From Candidatus Saccharimonadota bacterium (GTDB taxonomy: Bacteria > Pseudomonadota > Gammaproteobacteria > Johnevansiales > Johnevansiaceae): 32,000 bases of DNA. The stretch lies in NCBI RefSeq assembly GCF_000300075.1, contig NC_018677.1:319659-351658 (forward strand). Reading direction: 5' to 3'. Both the position numbers and the translations under genes were made by a program. Of this stretch, positions 18,093 to 28,634 are shown piece by piece. Each line of letters opens with the position of its first letter. The first letter of the stretch is position 1. The notes beneath the pieces are model-generated. The model was not told where the DNA came from, did no database searches, and saw only the letters and a program-made list of their open reading frames with translations.

Positions 18093-18162
18093 GATTTTAG
18101 ATTTTAGATTTTAGCTTTTAGCTTTTAGCTGTTAGCTGTTAGCTGTTTGCTGTTTGCTGTTT
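18093..18162. repeat. Heptamer single-substitution ladder GATTTTAx3, GCTTTTAx2, GCTGTTAx2, GCTGTTTx3
   Basis: Ten contiguous 7-mers. Each block differs from the previous block by exactly one base. Confidence 0.95.
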
Positions 18163-18180
18163 GAGGTTGTATAAAAGAGG

Positions 18181-18222
18181 TTATCTGTTATCTGTTAGTA
18201 GTTAGTAGTTAGTAGTTAGTAG
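18181..18222. repeat. Heptamer array (TTATCTG)x2 (TTAGTAG)x4
   Basis: Read directly from the sequence. Confidence 0.95.
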
Positions 18223-19466
18223 ATGTTATCTGTTAGAGGTTATGTTTTGTGGTTAGAGGAGGTTTTTTGCTTAAATTATTAATTAGATGTTTAAGGCTTG
18301 TAGCTTGTAGGTTAGAGTTGTTAGGTTAGAGGTTAGTTGTTAGAGTTGTTAGTTGTTAGGTTTGATGTTTCTTTTTGTTTAGAGTTTTTAGGCTTGTAGG
18401 TTACTTTGATGTTGTAGTTTAGAGGTTTATTTAATTAAAATGGTTGCTTTGATTGTTTGTTATTGATTATTTATTAGATGTTTGCTTAAAAGATATTGTA
18501 GTTTAGAGGTTATTTGTTTAGAGGTTAGAATTATAATGGTTGCTTAAATTGTTTATTAGAGGTTGTTTATGTTTGTTGCTTAACTTGTTTTTTATTAATT
18601 ATAAGTTAGAAGTTAGAAGTTAGATGATAGTTGTTAGAGTATTGTTATCTTGTTCTTGTTGTTAGTTTAGAGTAAATATGTTAGATAATTTAGATCTTGT
18701 TGTTGTTGTTAGTTTAGAGGTTTGCTTATTAGAGCTTTGGTGTGTATGACTTAAAATTATTTAGGTATGGTTCTGTGGTAGAGTGCATTTAAATTTGTTT
18801 GTTATTAATTTTGATAGTTATACGCAATATTAAATTGATAAATAGCTGTTAGTAGTTATGTTAGTCGTTGATATTAGGTGTAGTGTATTTGTGGAAGGTG
18901 TGTATTTAAAGATGTTAGAGTGATTTGCTGTAGTGTTTATAAGGACTTGTAATTGATATAAGGTTTAAAATTGCTAGATAAGAGCTATATATAGGGTATA
19001 AAATAAAAATAAAGAGTTGTATGTATATAAAACTTAAGTAAAAGAAAAAGGAAAAAATTGTTTGATATATGAAAATGGTAATTCATTATACTAAAAAGTT
19101 ATTGGTAAATGTTGTGTAAAAAGGTTTAAGTTGATAGTAGATGAAATGAAAATGGTAGAGCGATAAAAATAGTGTGTTATTTGTATAATTAAAAACAAAG
19201 TAAGTAGGTTGTAAAAGGAAATTGTAGAATAAGGTTTAGGAAAAAAGGATTTTTGTTAAAGGTAAATGCATGTGAATAATGTTTGTTGAAGACTGGTAAG
19301 AGGTTATTTGTTATTAGATAAAATGTTGCAGTATGATTGATATTATTTTGTTGTGTGGTATTAAAGTCATAATGTGATGTAAAAAAAAGTAACTCTAATA
19401 GTTTAGCATAAAAATTGTAATAAATTGAACTATGTTATAAAATAAAAACAAATTTATCTATATAAA

Positions 19467-19472
19467 AAGGAG
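19467..19472 (+). promoter_or_regulatory. Shine-Dalgarno AAGGAG for ilvI
   Basis: AAGGAG lies 7 nt upstream of the GTG start at 19480. Confidence 0.55.
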
Positions 19473-19479
19473 CTAAAAA

Positions 19480-21222
19480 GTGGAATTGTTGTCAGGAGCA
19501 GATATGATAATACGGTTTTTAAAAGATGAAAACGTGAAATATGTTTATGGGTATCCAGGTGGAGCAGCTCTTCATATTTATGATGCTTTATTTCGTCAAA
19601 AAGTTGTTAAACACATTTTGGTTCGCCATGAACAAGCAGCTACACATATGGCAGACGGATATGCAAGGGCTAGTGTAAAACCAGGGGTAGTATTAGTAAC
19701 ATCAGGGCCAGGCGCTACAAATGCAGTAACGGGTATTGCAACAGCATATATGGATTCTATACCGATGGTAATACTTTGTGGACAAGTTGTAAGTAAATTA
19801 ATAGGAGAAGATGCATTTCAAGAAACGGATATAGTCGGTGTAACTAGGCCAATAGTTAAACATAGTTTTACTATCCGTGATACGGCAGATATACCTACAA
19901 TATTAAAAAAGGCATTTTATATAGCAAGCACAGGAAGATTAGGTCCAGTTTTGGTAGATATTCCTAAAGACATGACGGCACCTAATGAGTTATATGAATA
20001 CATTAAACAAAATGATATAAAACTAAGAGAAAAAAAGAAAAATGTTTGTAACAATAAAGAGTTTATAAAAAAAGCATTAAAATTATTGTTAAAAGCAAAA
20101 AAGCCTGTATTATTTGTCGGTGGTGGAGCAATAACAGGAAAAGCGAGTCAGAAAATAAGAGAATTTGCAAACATAGCGTATTTACCAGTTGTCACATCTT
20201 TAATGGGAATTGGTGCGTATCCTCAAAGTGATTTCCAATATATAGGTTGGCCAGGGATGCATGGATCTTATGAAGCAAATAATGCTATGCATAATTCAGA
20301 TCTTATATTTTGTGTAGGGGCGAGATTCGATGATAGAGTAACAAACAATACAGAAAAATTTTGTCCTAACGCAAAAGTAATTCATGTAGATATTGATCCG
20401 TGTTCAATTTCAAAAACTATATTGGCAGATATACCTATAATAGGATCGGCAAAAAAGGTAGTAAAAGAATTGTTAAGTAAAATTAACAAGAGCTATAAAG
20501 ATGAAATTAATCTTGAAAATAGAAAAAAGCATTTAGAAATTTGGTGGAAATGTATAAACAAATGGATAAAAAATAGAGACGGTAAATTATATAAGCCAGT
20601 TACAGCTTTAAGTAGAGATTTAATAAAACCTCAACAAGTAATTGAAGCTGTATATAAAAAAACAAAAGGAGAAGCTATTATAGCAACTGACGTTGGGCAA
20701 CACCAAATGTTTGCAGCACAATATTATAAGTTTAATAAACCTAATAAATTGATAACTTCTGGTGGTTTAGGGACTATGGGTTTTGGGTTACCGGCTGCTA
20801 TGGGGGTAAAATTAAGTTATCCTCATGAGAACGTTGTATTAATTACTGGAGAAGGAAGTTTTCAAATGATGATGCAAGAATTATCAACATGTAAACAGTT
20901 TGATATATCATTAAAAATTATACATTTAAATAATGGTTCGTTAGGTATGGTGAGGCAATGGCAAGATATAAATTATAAGGCACGGCATGCTAATTCTTAC
21001 GTTGAATCTTTACCAGAGTTTCATAGATTGTTTGAAGCATATGGATTAAACGCTATCACAGTAAAAGTAATAGAGGAATTAGAATCGGCTTTAGAAACAG
21101 TATTTATTAATAAAAATGAGCTAGTATTTTTAAATATTTATATTGATCCACTTGAACATGTTTATCCTATGCAAAAACCTTTAGGAGCTATTAATGATAT
21201 GATCATTTCAAAAGCGGAGTAA
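19480..21222 (+). CDS. ilvI: Acetolactate synthase (AHAS) large subunit
   Basis: 580 aa with a GTG start. GYPGGA..HIYDAL, HEQAA.HMADGYARA.GKPGV, GPGATN, the ThDP motif GGLGTMGFGLPAAMG...GEGSFQM, and NNG.LGMVRQWQ. The small subunit gene follows directly. Confidence 0.95.
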   Translation: MELLSGADMIIRFLKDENVKYVYGYPGGAALHIYDALFRQKVVKHILVRHEQAATHMADGYARASVKPGVVLVTSGPGATNAVTGIATAYMDSIPMVILCGQVVSKLIGEDAFQETDIVGVTRPIVKHSFTIRDTADIPTILKKAFYIASTGRLGPVLVDIPKDMTAPNELYEYIKQNDIKLREKKKNVCNNKEFIKKALKLLLKAKKPVLFVGGGAITGKASQKIREFANIAYLPVVTSLMGIGAYPQSDFQYIGWPGMHGSYEANNAMHNSDLIFCVGARFDDRVTNNTEKFCPNAKVIHVDIDPCSISKTILADIPIIGSAKKVVKELLSKINKSYKDEINLENRKKHLEIWWKCINKWIKNRDGKLYKPVTALSRDLIKPQQVIEAVYKKTKGEAIIATDVGQHQMFAAQYYKFNKPNKLITSGGLGTMGFGLPAAMGVKLSYPHENVVLITGEGSFQMMMQELSTCKQFDISLKIIHLNNGSLGMVRQWQDINYKARHANSYVESLPEFHRLFEAYGLNAITVKVIEELESALETVFINKNELVFLNIYIDPLEHVYPMQKPLGAINDMIISKAE

Positions 21223-21228
21223 TAAATA

Positions 21229-21720
21229 ATGCGGCATATTATATCTATTTTATTAGAAAACGAGCCAGGGGCATTATCAAAAATAGTAGGAGTATTTTCA
21301 CAACGTAATTTTAACATAGAAACTCTAAATGTAGCTCACACAGAAGATATAACATTGTCTAGATTGACATTAACGACAAATGGAGATGCATGTGTAATAG
21401 AGCAAATTATAAAACAGTTAAATAAATTAGTAGATGTAGTGAAAATATTAGATTTAACAGAAGTATCTCATATTGCTAGAGAATTAATGTTAGTAAAAGT
21501 AAAAGCAGAAGCAGATGACAGGAGAGCTGAAATAAAAAGGATTACAGATATTTTTAGAGCTAATATTGTGGATGTAACAACAACAGATTATATAATACAA
21601 ATCACTGGAGATGAAGATAAATTAGATGCTTTTATTAATGCATTAAAAGGTATTAATGAAGTAGTTCGCACTGGAGTTTCAGGGATACCGCGTGTTTGGG
21701 TAAAAGTAAAATTAAGTTAG
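21229..21720 (+). CDS. ilvH: Acetolactate synthase small (regulatory) subunit
   Basis: 163 aa. RHIISILLENEPGALSKIVGVFSQRNFNIETLNVA.TED..LSR.TL forms the ACT domain. Confidence 0.95.
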   Translation: MRHIISILLENEPGALSKIVGVFSQRNFNIETLNVAHTEDITLSRLTLTTNGDACVIEQIIKQLNKLVDVVKILDLTEVSHIARELMLVKVKAEADDRRAEIKRITDIFRANIVDVTTTDYIIQITGDEDKLDAFINALKGINEVVRTGVSGIPRVWVKVKLS

Positions 21721-22758
<1,038 letters not shown>

Positions 22759-22777
22759 TAAGCATGGAGTTAGTGTA

Positions 22778-23026
22778 ATGGTTAAAATACGGATGACGCG
22801 TTGTGGATGTAAAAATAGGCCATTTTATCAGATTAATGTTAAAGATTCTAGAAGTTCACGTGATGGAAAATTTATTGAAAAAATAGGTTATTATAATCCA
22901 TTAGTTATAAGTGAAAAAAGATTTTGTATAAACAGTAGTAGATTAGGTTATTGGAAAAATAAAGGTGCAAAAATTTCTAATAGGGTTTTATCCTTATTAA
23001 AAAAAAATAAGAAAGACAAAAAGTGA
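22778..23026 (+). CDS. rpsP: 30S ribosomal protein S16
   Basis: 82 aa. MVKIRMTRCGCKNRPFYQI...RDGKFIEKIGYYNP. A GGAG motif lies upstream. Confidence 0.95.
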   Translation: MVKIRMTRCGCKNRPFYQINVKDSRSSRDGKFIEKIGYYNPLVISEKRFCINSSRLGYWKNKGAKISNRVLSLLKKNKKDKK

Positions 23027-23343
23027 ATATAATTATGGGAAGTATAGCTAAGTCTTATGGGGTTAAAGGGTGGATAAAAGTTAACTCTTATACAAATCAA
23101 AGATGTAACATAATAGATTATAGTAGATTGTGGATTTTAGAAATAAAAGGTAAAAATATATATTTTAAAGTAAAGCGTATACGTTTAGTGCATAGATTTT
23201 TTATTGTGCAATTGTATGGAATTAAAACATGTGAAAAAGCTAAAACTCTTATTGGATCTTTAATTAAATTACAAAAAAAATTATTACCTAACTTACAAAA
23301 AGGTGAGTATTATCTGTATCAATTTAAAAATTTAAGAGTTTAA
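23023..23343 (+). CDS. rimM: RimM N-terminal domain only (truncated 16S rRNA processing protein)
   Basis: 106 aa ORF with a GTG start overlapping the rpsP stop. GSIAKSYGVKGWIKV...LP.LQKGEYYLYQFKNL aligns with E. coli RimM residues from about 15 to 115. The ORF stops where the PRC-barrel domain should begin. Confidence 0.6.
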   Translation: MNIIMGSIAKSYGVKGWIKVNSYTNQRCNIIDYSRLWILEIKGKNIYFKVKRIRLVHRFFIVQLYGIKTCEKAKTLIGSLIKLQKKLLPNLQKGEYYLYQFKNLRV

Positions 23344-23505
23344 TATTAAAAATATATAGGAAAGGTACAGTAGATTTTTGTAACAGGTAAGAATTATATT
23401 CTAGTAGTAAAGAATAAAAAATAATATTTATTGACTGCTAGTGTTCTTACTAATGTAAATATAGATAAATTTATACTAGCAATTTCTTATCTGTGAGGGT
23501 CTACT
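23344..23505 (+). pseudogene. rimM: Decayed RimM C-terminal (PRC-barrel) region, in frame with the upstream ORF but carrying further stop codons
   Basis: Reading on in the same frame gives *Y*KYIGKVQ*IFVTGKNYILVVKNKK*YLLTASVLTNVNIDKFILAISYL*GS. This parallels E. coli [21 protein letters not shown]...ERLVPFL...V.KVDL..R.I.V. Including the ORF's own terminator at 23341, there are five in-frame stops: TAA at 23341, 23347 and 23422, TAG at 23371, and TGA at 23494. No frameshift is needed. Confidence 0.7.
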
Positions 23506-23517
23506 ATTAAACAATTT

Positions 23518-23525
23518 AAAAGGAG
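23518..23525 (+). promoter_or_regulatory. Shine-Dalgarno AAAGGAG for rplS
   Basis: AAAGGAG ends 6 nt upstream of the GTG start at 23532. Confidence 0.5.
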
Positions 23526-23531
23526 TGTACA

Positions 23532-23885
23532 GTGAGTATTAATCAATTAATTCAAGCAATAGAATTAGAACAAATGAAAACTAAAATAATTCCAAAGTTT
23601 ATGACGGGTGATACAGTTATAGTACAAATTAAGGTGCTTGAAGGTTCTATTGAAAGATTACAAGCTTTTGAAGGATTAGTTATTGGAAAACGCAATAGGG
23701 GTTTAAATTCGTCTTTTACAGTGCGTAAAGTAACTAGTGGAATAGGTATCGAACGTACATTTAAGACTTATTCTACATGTATATTTAGCATTAAAATTAA
23801 TCGTAAAGGCAAGGTTCGTAAATCTAAACTTTACTATCTTCGTGATCTGAAAGGTAAATCGGCACGTATAAATAATATAAGTTAA
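23532..23885 (+). CDS. rplS: 50S ribosomal protein L19
   Basis: 117 aa with a GTG start. GDTV.V...[27 protein letters not shown]...G.G.ERTF...S........R+GKVR+SKLYYLR. Confidence 0.95.
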   Translation: MSINQLIQAIELEQMKTKIIPKFMTGDTVIVQIKVLEGSIERLQAFEGLVIGKRNRGLNSSFTVRKVTSGIGIERTFKTYSTCIFSIKINRKGKVRKSKLYYLRDLKGKSARINNIS

Positions 23886-23898
23886 GGGAATATGAAAA

Positions 23899-25173
23899 TT
23901 GATACGAATAGGTATTTGTGGATTAGGAACTGTAGGTGGAGGGACTTTTAATCTTTTAAAAAAAAATTATAATGAAATTTTTCGGAGAATAGGTAGTCAA
24001 TTTATTATAGAACAGATAGGTACACGTAGTGATAATCCAATTTGTAATTTAACAGGTATTAAAGTAACGAGAAATATTTTTGAAGTTGTGCGAAATCCTA
24101 ATGTTGATGTAGTTGTTGAATTAATAGGGGGGTGTAATATAGCTAGAAAACTTGTATTAGAAGCTATTAATAATAAAAAACATGTTGTTACAGCAAACAA
24201 AGCAATGATTGCAATACATGGGAAAGAAATTTTTTGTGCTGCTAAAAAACGAGGGGTAATGGTAGCTTTTGAGGCAGCAGTAGCTGGAGGTATTCCAATA
24301 ATAAAATGTATTCGTGAAGGGTTATGTGCCAATCGTATTTATAGTATAGCTGGAATTATTAATGGTACAGTTAATTATATACTTACAAATATGAAAAAAG
24401 GGATATCTTGTGAAAACATACTTAATCAAGCTAAATTATTAGGATATGCAGAAGAAGACCCTACATTGGATCTAGAAGGAACTGATACTGCACATAAATT
24501 AACAATTTTAGCGGCAATAGCTTATGGTATTCCTTTACACTTTGAAAAGATTTATATTGAAGGTATTGGTTGTATAAACCTAACTGATGTAAAAAAAGCT
24601 GATAAATTAGGATATAATATAAAACATTTAGGACTTTCTAAACGAAAGAAAACTGGAATAGAATTAAGAGTACACCCTGTTCTACTTCCAAAAAACAGAT
24701 TATTATCTAATGTACATGGAGTAACAAACGCTATTGAAATAAATGGTGATGCTGTTGGATCAACATTGTTTTATGGCATAGGGGCTGGTTCAGAACCTAC
24801 CGCTTCAGCCATAATATCTGATTTGTTAGATGTATCTAGAAATAAATTAACAGAACATATTAATCGTACTCCTTATTTAGCTTTTAGTACTATGGCAACG
24901 GTATCTATTTTACCAATAGATCAAGTAATTACAGATTATTATTTGAGATTTATGCTTATTAGTTTCAATATGATAGGACATGTAGTAAATATATTTTATA
25001 AACTAGGAATTAGAATAAAACATTTATTGCTAAAAAAACAGGAAAGTTCATTTGTTATTATTTTATTAACTTATAGTACAAAAGAAGCAAATATGAATTT
25101 AGCGATCGGTAAACTAGAATCTACAAATGTTATTCTAGGACATATTACTAGAGTAAGGGTTGAAAACGTTTAA
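23899..25173 (+). CDS. hom: Homoserine dehydrogenase
   Basis: 424 aa with a probable TTG start. NAD-binding motif IGICGLGTVGGG, TANKA, EAAVAGGIPII, INGT.NYILT, GYAE.DPT.D.EG.D.AHKL.ILA. A C-terminal ACT-like region (YYLRF...) is present. Confidence 0.93.
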   Translation: MIRIGICGLGTVGGGTFNLLKKNYNEIFRRIGSQFIIEQIGTRSDNPICNLTGIKVTRNIFEVVRNPNVDVVVELIGGCNIARKLVLEAINNKKHVVTANKAMIAIHGKEIFCAAKKRGVMVAFEAAVAGGIPIIKCIREGLCANRIYSIAGIINGTVNYILTNMKKGISCENILNQAKLLGYAEEDPTLDLEGTDTAHKLTILAAIAYGIPLHFEKIYIEGIGCINLTDVKKADKLGYNIKHLGLSKRKKTGIELRVHPVLLPKNRLLSNVHGVTNAIEINGDAVGSTLFYGIGAGSEPTASAIISDLLDVSRNKLTEHINRTPYLAFSTMATVSILPIDQVITDYYLRFMLISFNMIGHVVNIFYKLGIRIKHLLLKKQESSFVIILLTYSTKEANMNLAIGKLESTNVILGHITRVRVENV

Positions 25174-25203
25174 AGTTTTATGACAAAAAATGGGTGGTAA
25201 ATA

Positions 25204-26589
25204 ATGCGTTACGTTAGTACTCGCGGTGTTGCTCCTGTACTTTCATTTGAAGATACAGTATTGACTGGTTTAGCAAGTGATGGTGGTTTATATGTTCCAG
25301 AAATAATTCCTAAACTTTCGCATAAAGAATTTATCGAATTAAGTAAGTGTTCATATATTGAATCAGCATATCGTATAATGCGTCTTTTTATTGATGATGT
25401 TGATGATATGTCCTTAAAACTTTTAATTAAAAAAAGCTATACAAGGTTTTGTAATGATTCAATAGTTCCAATAAAACAAATAGGTAACAATCAATTTTTA
25501 TTGGACTTGTTTACTGGTCCTACATTTGCTTTTAAGGATATAGCTTTACAATTTATGGGTAATTTAATAGATTATTTTTTAAAAAAACGTGGCGAAAAAG
25601 CTGTTATTATGGGTGCAACGTCAGGAGATACAGGATCAGCTGCTATTGCTGGTTTTTGTGATTGTAATAATTTAGACATGTTTATTTTACACCCAAATAA
25701 AATGGTATCAGAAATTCAAAGAAGACAAATGACTACAGTTAAACAAGATAATATACATAATATAGCTTTAAAAGGAAATTTTGATGATGCGCAGGCAATA
25801 GTTAAAGATAGTTTTAATAATCGTGGCTTTATTAAAGGAAGAAGGTTAATTGCTATAAACTCAATAAATTGGGCACGTATTTTAGCACAAACAGTATATT
25901 ATATTGTTTCAGCACTTGCAGTAGGTGCTCCTTTTAGGAATGTAAGTTTTACCGTACCGTCAGCAAATTTTGGAAATATTTTTGCAGGATATATAGCTTA
26001 TAAAATGGGCTTGCCAATTAGGCAACTAATAATTGCAACAAATGTTAATAATATACTTCATCGTATTATAGAATATAATGATTTTTCTATAAGAAATTTA
26101 GTTAATACTATAGCGCCAGCTATGGATATAGTTGTTTCTTCTAATTTTGAACGGTTGTTGTTTTATGCTTATAATAAAGATTCAAATGCTATTAACAATT
26201 TGATTTATAACTTTAATAATAAAAATTACACTATACTAGACGAAAAACCTTTGAAGAAATTAAGAACTTTGTTTTATAGTACGAGTGTAAATGATAACAC
26301 TATTTTGTCTATACTAAGTCAGTTTTATAACCGTAATGGTTTTATAGTAGACCCTCACACAGCTATAGGTTTAATTGCTGCCGAAAGATGTAATAATTTT
26401 CCAGAAATACCCATGATTACGTTAGCTACAGCTCATCCAGCTAAATTTTATGATACCATTTTAAAATCTGGACTTTTTCTTAAATTACCTTCTTTACTTA
26501 ACGAATTATTACTAAAAGAAGAACAATATTCTATTTTGCCTGCAGATATTTCAAAAGTGCACAGTTATATATTAAGTGTTTGTCATTAA
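25204..26589 (+). CDS. thrC: Threonine synthase (long form)
   Basis: 461 aa. MRYVSTRG.AP.LSFEDTVLTGLASDGGLYVP, the PLP-lysine motif PTFAFKDIALQ, ATSGDTGSAA, NSINWARI. Confidence 0.95.
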   Translation: MRYVSTRGVAPVLSFEDTVLTGLASDGGLYVPEIIPKLSHKEFIELSKCSYIESAYRIMRLFIDDVDDMSLKLLIKKSYTRFCNDSIVPIKQIGNNQFLLDLFTGPTFAFKDIALQFMGNLIDYFLKKRGEKAVIMGATSGDTGSAAIAGFCDCNNLDMFILHPNKMVSEIQRRQMTTVKQDNIHNIALKGNFDDAQAIVKDSFNNRGFIKGRRLIAINSINWARILAQTVYYIVSALAVGAPFRNVSFTVPSANFGNIFAGYIAYKMGLPIRQLIIATNVNNILHRIIEYNDFSIRNLVNTIAPAMDIVVSSNFERLLFYAYNKDSNAINNLIYNFNNKNYTILDEKPLKKLRTLFYSTSVNDNTILSILSQFYNRNGFIVDPHTAIGLIAAERCNNFPEIPMITLATAHPAKFYDTILKSGLFLKLPSLLNELLLKEEQYSILPADISKVHSYILSVCH

Positions 26590-27091
26590 TTTTTTTTTGC
26601 AGTGCTTTTTCTTGGTCTTTTTATTGTAGTACTTCTTTTTTATTTTATAGCTTTAATTCTATGTTTGATATATTAAAGTTTTTATTGTTTCGTTAAATCT
26701 TATTTTAAAAATTTTTCTTATTATTTTTCTTTTTTTAGTACAGCTATTTATCCTATATTTTTTCTTGTTTTTAGATAATTGTTATTTGTATTTTTTTTTA
26801 AAAACTTTTTCTGGTTTGTTCTTCTGTTAAATAATTTATACTGCTATATGAATTAACAATATTGATATTTTATTTTAGATGTTCAACGTTAGTAGTTATT
26901 CTGTTGTTTTTTTTTTGCTTAGATGTTTAGATCTTATGCTTTTATGTTTTTCTGCTGTTAAGTTAAGATTATATACTTAAATTGTGTTAATTATATAGAA
27001 TAGTTATATGTCTTTTAAGTTTTCCATTATATTTTAGTTTTTTATTCTTTGTTTGTTGTAAGCTGTTATTTTTTAGAGTTTAGAATATGTT

Positions 27092-27140
27092 GGTCTGAGG
27101 TCTGAGGTCTGAGGTTTGTGGTTTGTGGTTTGTGGTTTGT
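27092..27140. repeat. Heptamer array (GGTCTGA)x3 (GGTTTGT)x4
   Basis: Read directly from the sequence. Confidence 0.95.
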
Positions 27141-27311
27141 GTTTTGCGCTTATAGGCAGTTAATGTGTTAGGTGTTTTCTTTTAAATGTTTTGTTGTTTT
27201 TTTTTATATGTTGCTTATTAGATGTTATTTGTTAGTTATTAGAGGTTGCTTTAAGCTTTTAGATGTTGCTTTTGTTGTAGTTGGTATAAGGAACTGATAA
27301 GAGGTAAGAGG

Positions 27312-27497
27312 TTGTTTGTTGTTTGTTGTAGGTAGTTGGTAGTTGGTAGTTGGTTGTTGGTTGTAGGTTGTAGGTTGTAGGTTGTAGGTTGTTGGTTGTT
27401 GGTTGTTGGTAAGAGTAAGAGTAAAGAGGTAAGAGGTAAGAGTTGTTAGGTTAGAGGTTAGAGGTTAGAGGTGTTAGGTGTTAGGTGTTAGGTTAGA
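27312..27497. repeat. Composite satellite: heptamer blocks, a TAAGAG(G) tract, then further heptamer blocks
   Basis: Blocks in order: TTGTTTGx2, TTGTAGGx1, TAGTTGGx3, TTGTTGGx1, TTGTAGGx4, TTGTTGGx3. A (TAAGAG/TAAGAGG) tract follows, then AGGTTAGx3, AGGTGTTx3, AGGTTAG. The region is C-free. Confidence 0.95.
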
Positions 27498-27570
27498 GTG
27501 TATATGTTGTAGTAAAGAGGTTGTATCTGTTAGAGGTTGTTTGTTGAGTGAAAAAAAGAATTGTGAAAGG

Positions 27571-28020
27571 TTATATAATAGGAAAAAATATATGATGTTT
27601 ATAAGGATTTTGTTTAATATCTCTTTGTTTTTCTAAATCACGTTTGTCTAGAAAATTATTGCCTTTGACTAAAGCTAATTGACATTTTATAAGATGGTTT
27701 TTCCAATAAAACTTTAAAGGTATACAAGAATATCGTTTAATAGTTATATAAGATTTAATATAAAAGATTTCTTTTTTTTTTAGTAAAAGTTTTTTTGTTT
27801 TTTTTATAGTAATTAATTTATTAGTAGTATTTATTGGGATAAAGTTAGCTCCTAATAACAAAGCTTCATTGGCTTTAATTATTACATACGTATTATCCAG
27901 ATTAAACTTTTTACAGCGTATACTTTTTATTTCCCAACCAAAAAAAGAAATTCCTGCTTCTAGTTTGTCAAAAATCAAAAACTTATGTTTTGCTTTACGA
28001 TTAAAATATATTATTGACAT
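27571..28020 (-). CDS. smpB: SsrA-binding protein SmpB
   Basis: 149 aa. NRKAKHKFLIFDKLEAGISFFGWEIKSIR...L.NTYV...NEA.L....I, with a basic C-terminal tail. Confidence 0.9.
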   Translation of the reverse strand: MSIIYFNRKAKHKFLIFDKLEAGISFFGWEIKSIRCKKFNLDNTYVIIKANEALLLGANFIPINTTNKLITIKKTKKLLLKKKEIFYIKSYITIKRYSCIPLKFYWKNHLIKCQLALVKGNNFLDKRDLEKQRDIKQNPYKHHIFFPII

Positions 28021-28106
28021 TAACGGTTTATTAACTTGAAAATTTCTATAAACGCACTTAAATCTAAGTTTAACATAAAACTAACGAACATGTTAGGAAT
28101 ATAATT

Positions 28107-28634
28107 ATGTTTAAAAAAAAAATATATTCAAATAACAATAAGTTGATTTTTCAAGAACAAAAAATTACAGATAAAATAAAATCACAGATATTAAGTCTTG
28201 AAATAAAACTAGAAAATTATAAAAACGAAAACTTAAAGTCTAAAGCAGAAACAAAAAACTATATACGTAGGGCTGATAAAGAAATAAAAAACACACGTAA
28301 ATATGCAATAGAAACATTTATAAAAGAATTACTACCTGTTATTGATGGGCTAGAAAAAGCTTTTGAACTTATGAAAAAAGAAAAAATAAATAATTATCAC
28401 ATAGAAGGCTTTAAAATGACATTAAACATGCAACTAAATGTTATAAAAAATTTTGGGGTGAATCAAATTAATCCTTTAGGAAAACTTTTTAATCCACTAT
28501 GTCACGAAGCAATTGCGACTGTAAAATCTTTAAATAATAACAACAACTTAATTGTAGATGTTTTACAAAAAGGATATTTTCTTAATGACCGTTTATTACG
28601 TCCTGCTATGGTAATTGTAAGTAAAACAAATTAG
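28107..28634 (+). CDS. grpE: Nucleotide exchange factor GrpE
   Basis: 175 aa. Coiled-coil N-terminus, RRADKEIKNTRKYAIETFIKELLPVIDGLEKA, G...INPLGK.FNP..HEAI, RPAMV.VSK. Confidence 0.9.
   Translation: MFKKKIYSNNNKLIFQEQKITDKIKSQILSLEIKLENYKNENLKSKAETKNYIRRADKEIKNTRKYAIETFIKELLPVIDGLEKAFELMKKEKINNYHIEGFKMTLNMQLNVIKNFGVNQINPLGKLFNPLCHEAIATVKSLNNNNNLIVDVLQKGYFLNDRLLRPAMVIVSKTN

Noticed and set aside
18769-18786. tRNA-like fragment GGTTCTGTGGTAGAGTGC, resembling a D arm
   Set aside because: No acceptor stem, anticodon stem or T arm can be folded from the flanks. At most it is a decayed remnant.
28035-28063. Sigma-32-type heat-shock promoter upstream of grpE (CTTGAAA at 28035-28041)
   Set aside because: The -35-like heptamer is a good match. 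However, no convincing CCCCATNT-like -10 follows at 13-15 nt (only GCACTTAAA), and such words arise easily in AT-rich DNA. It cannot be supported from sequence alone.
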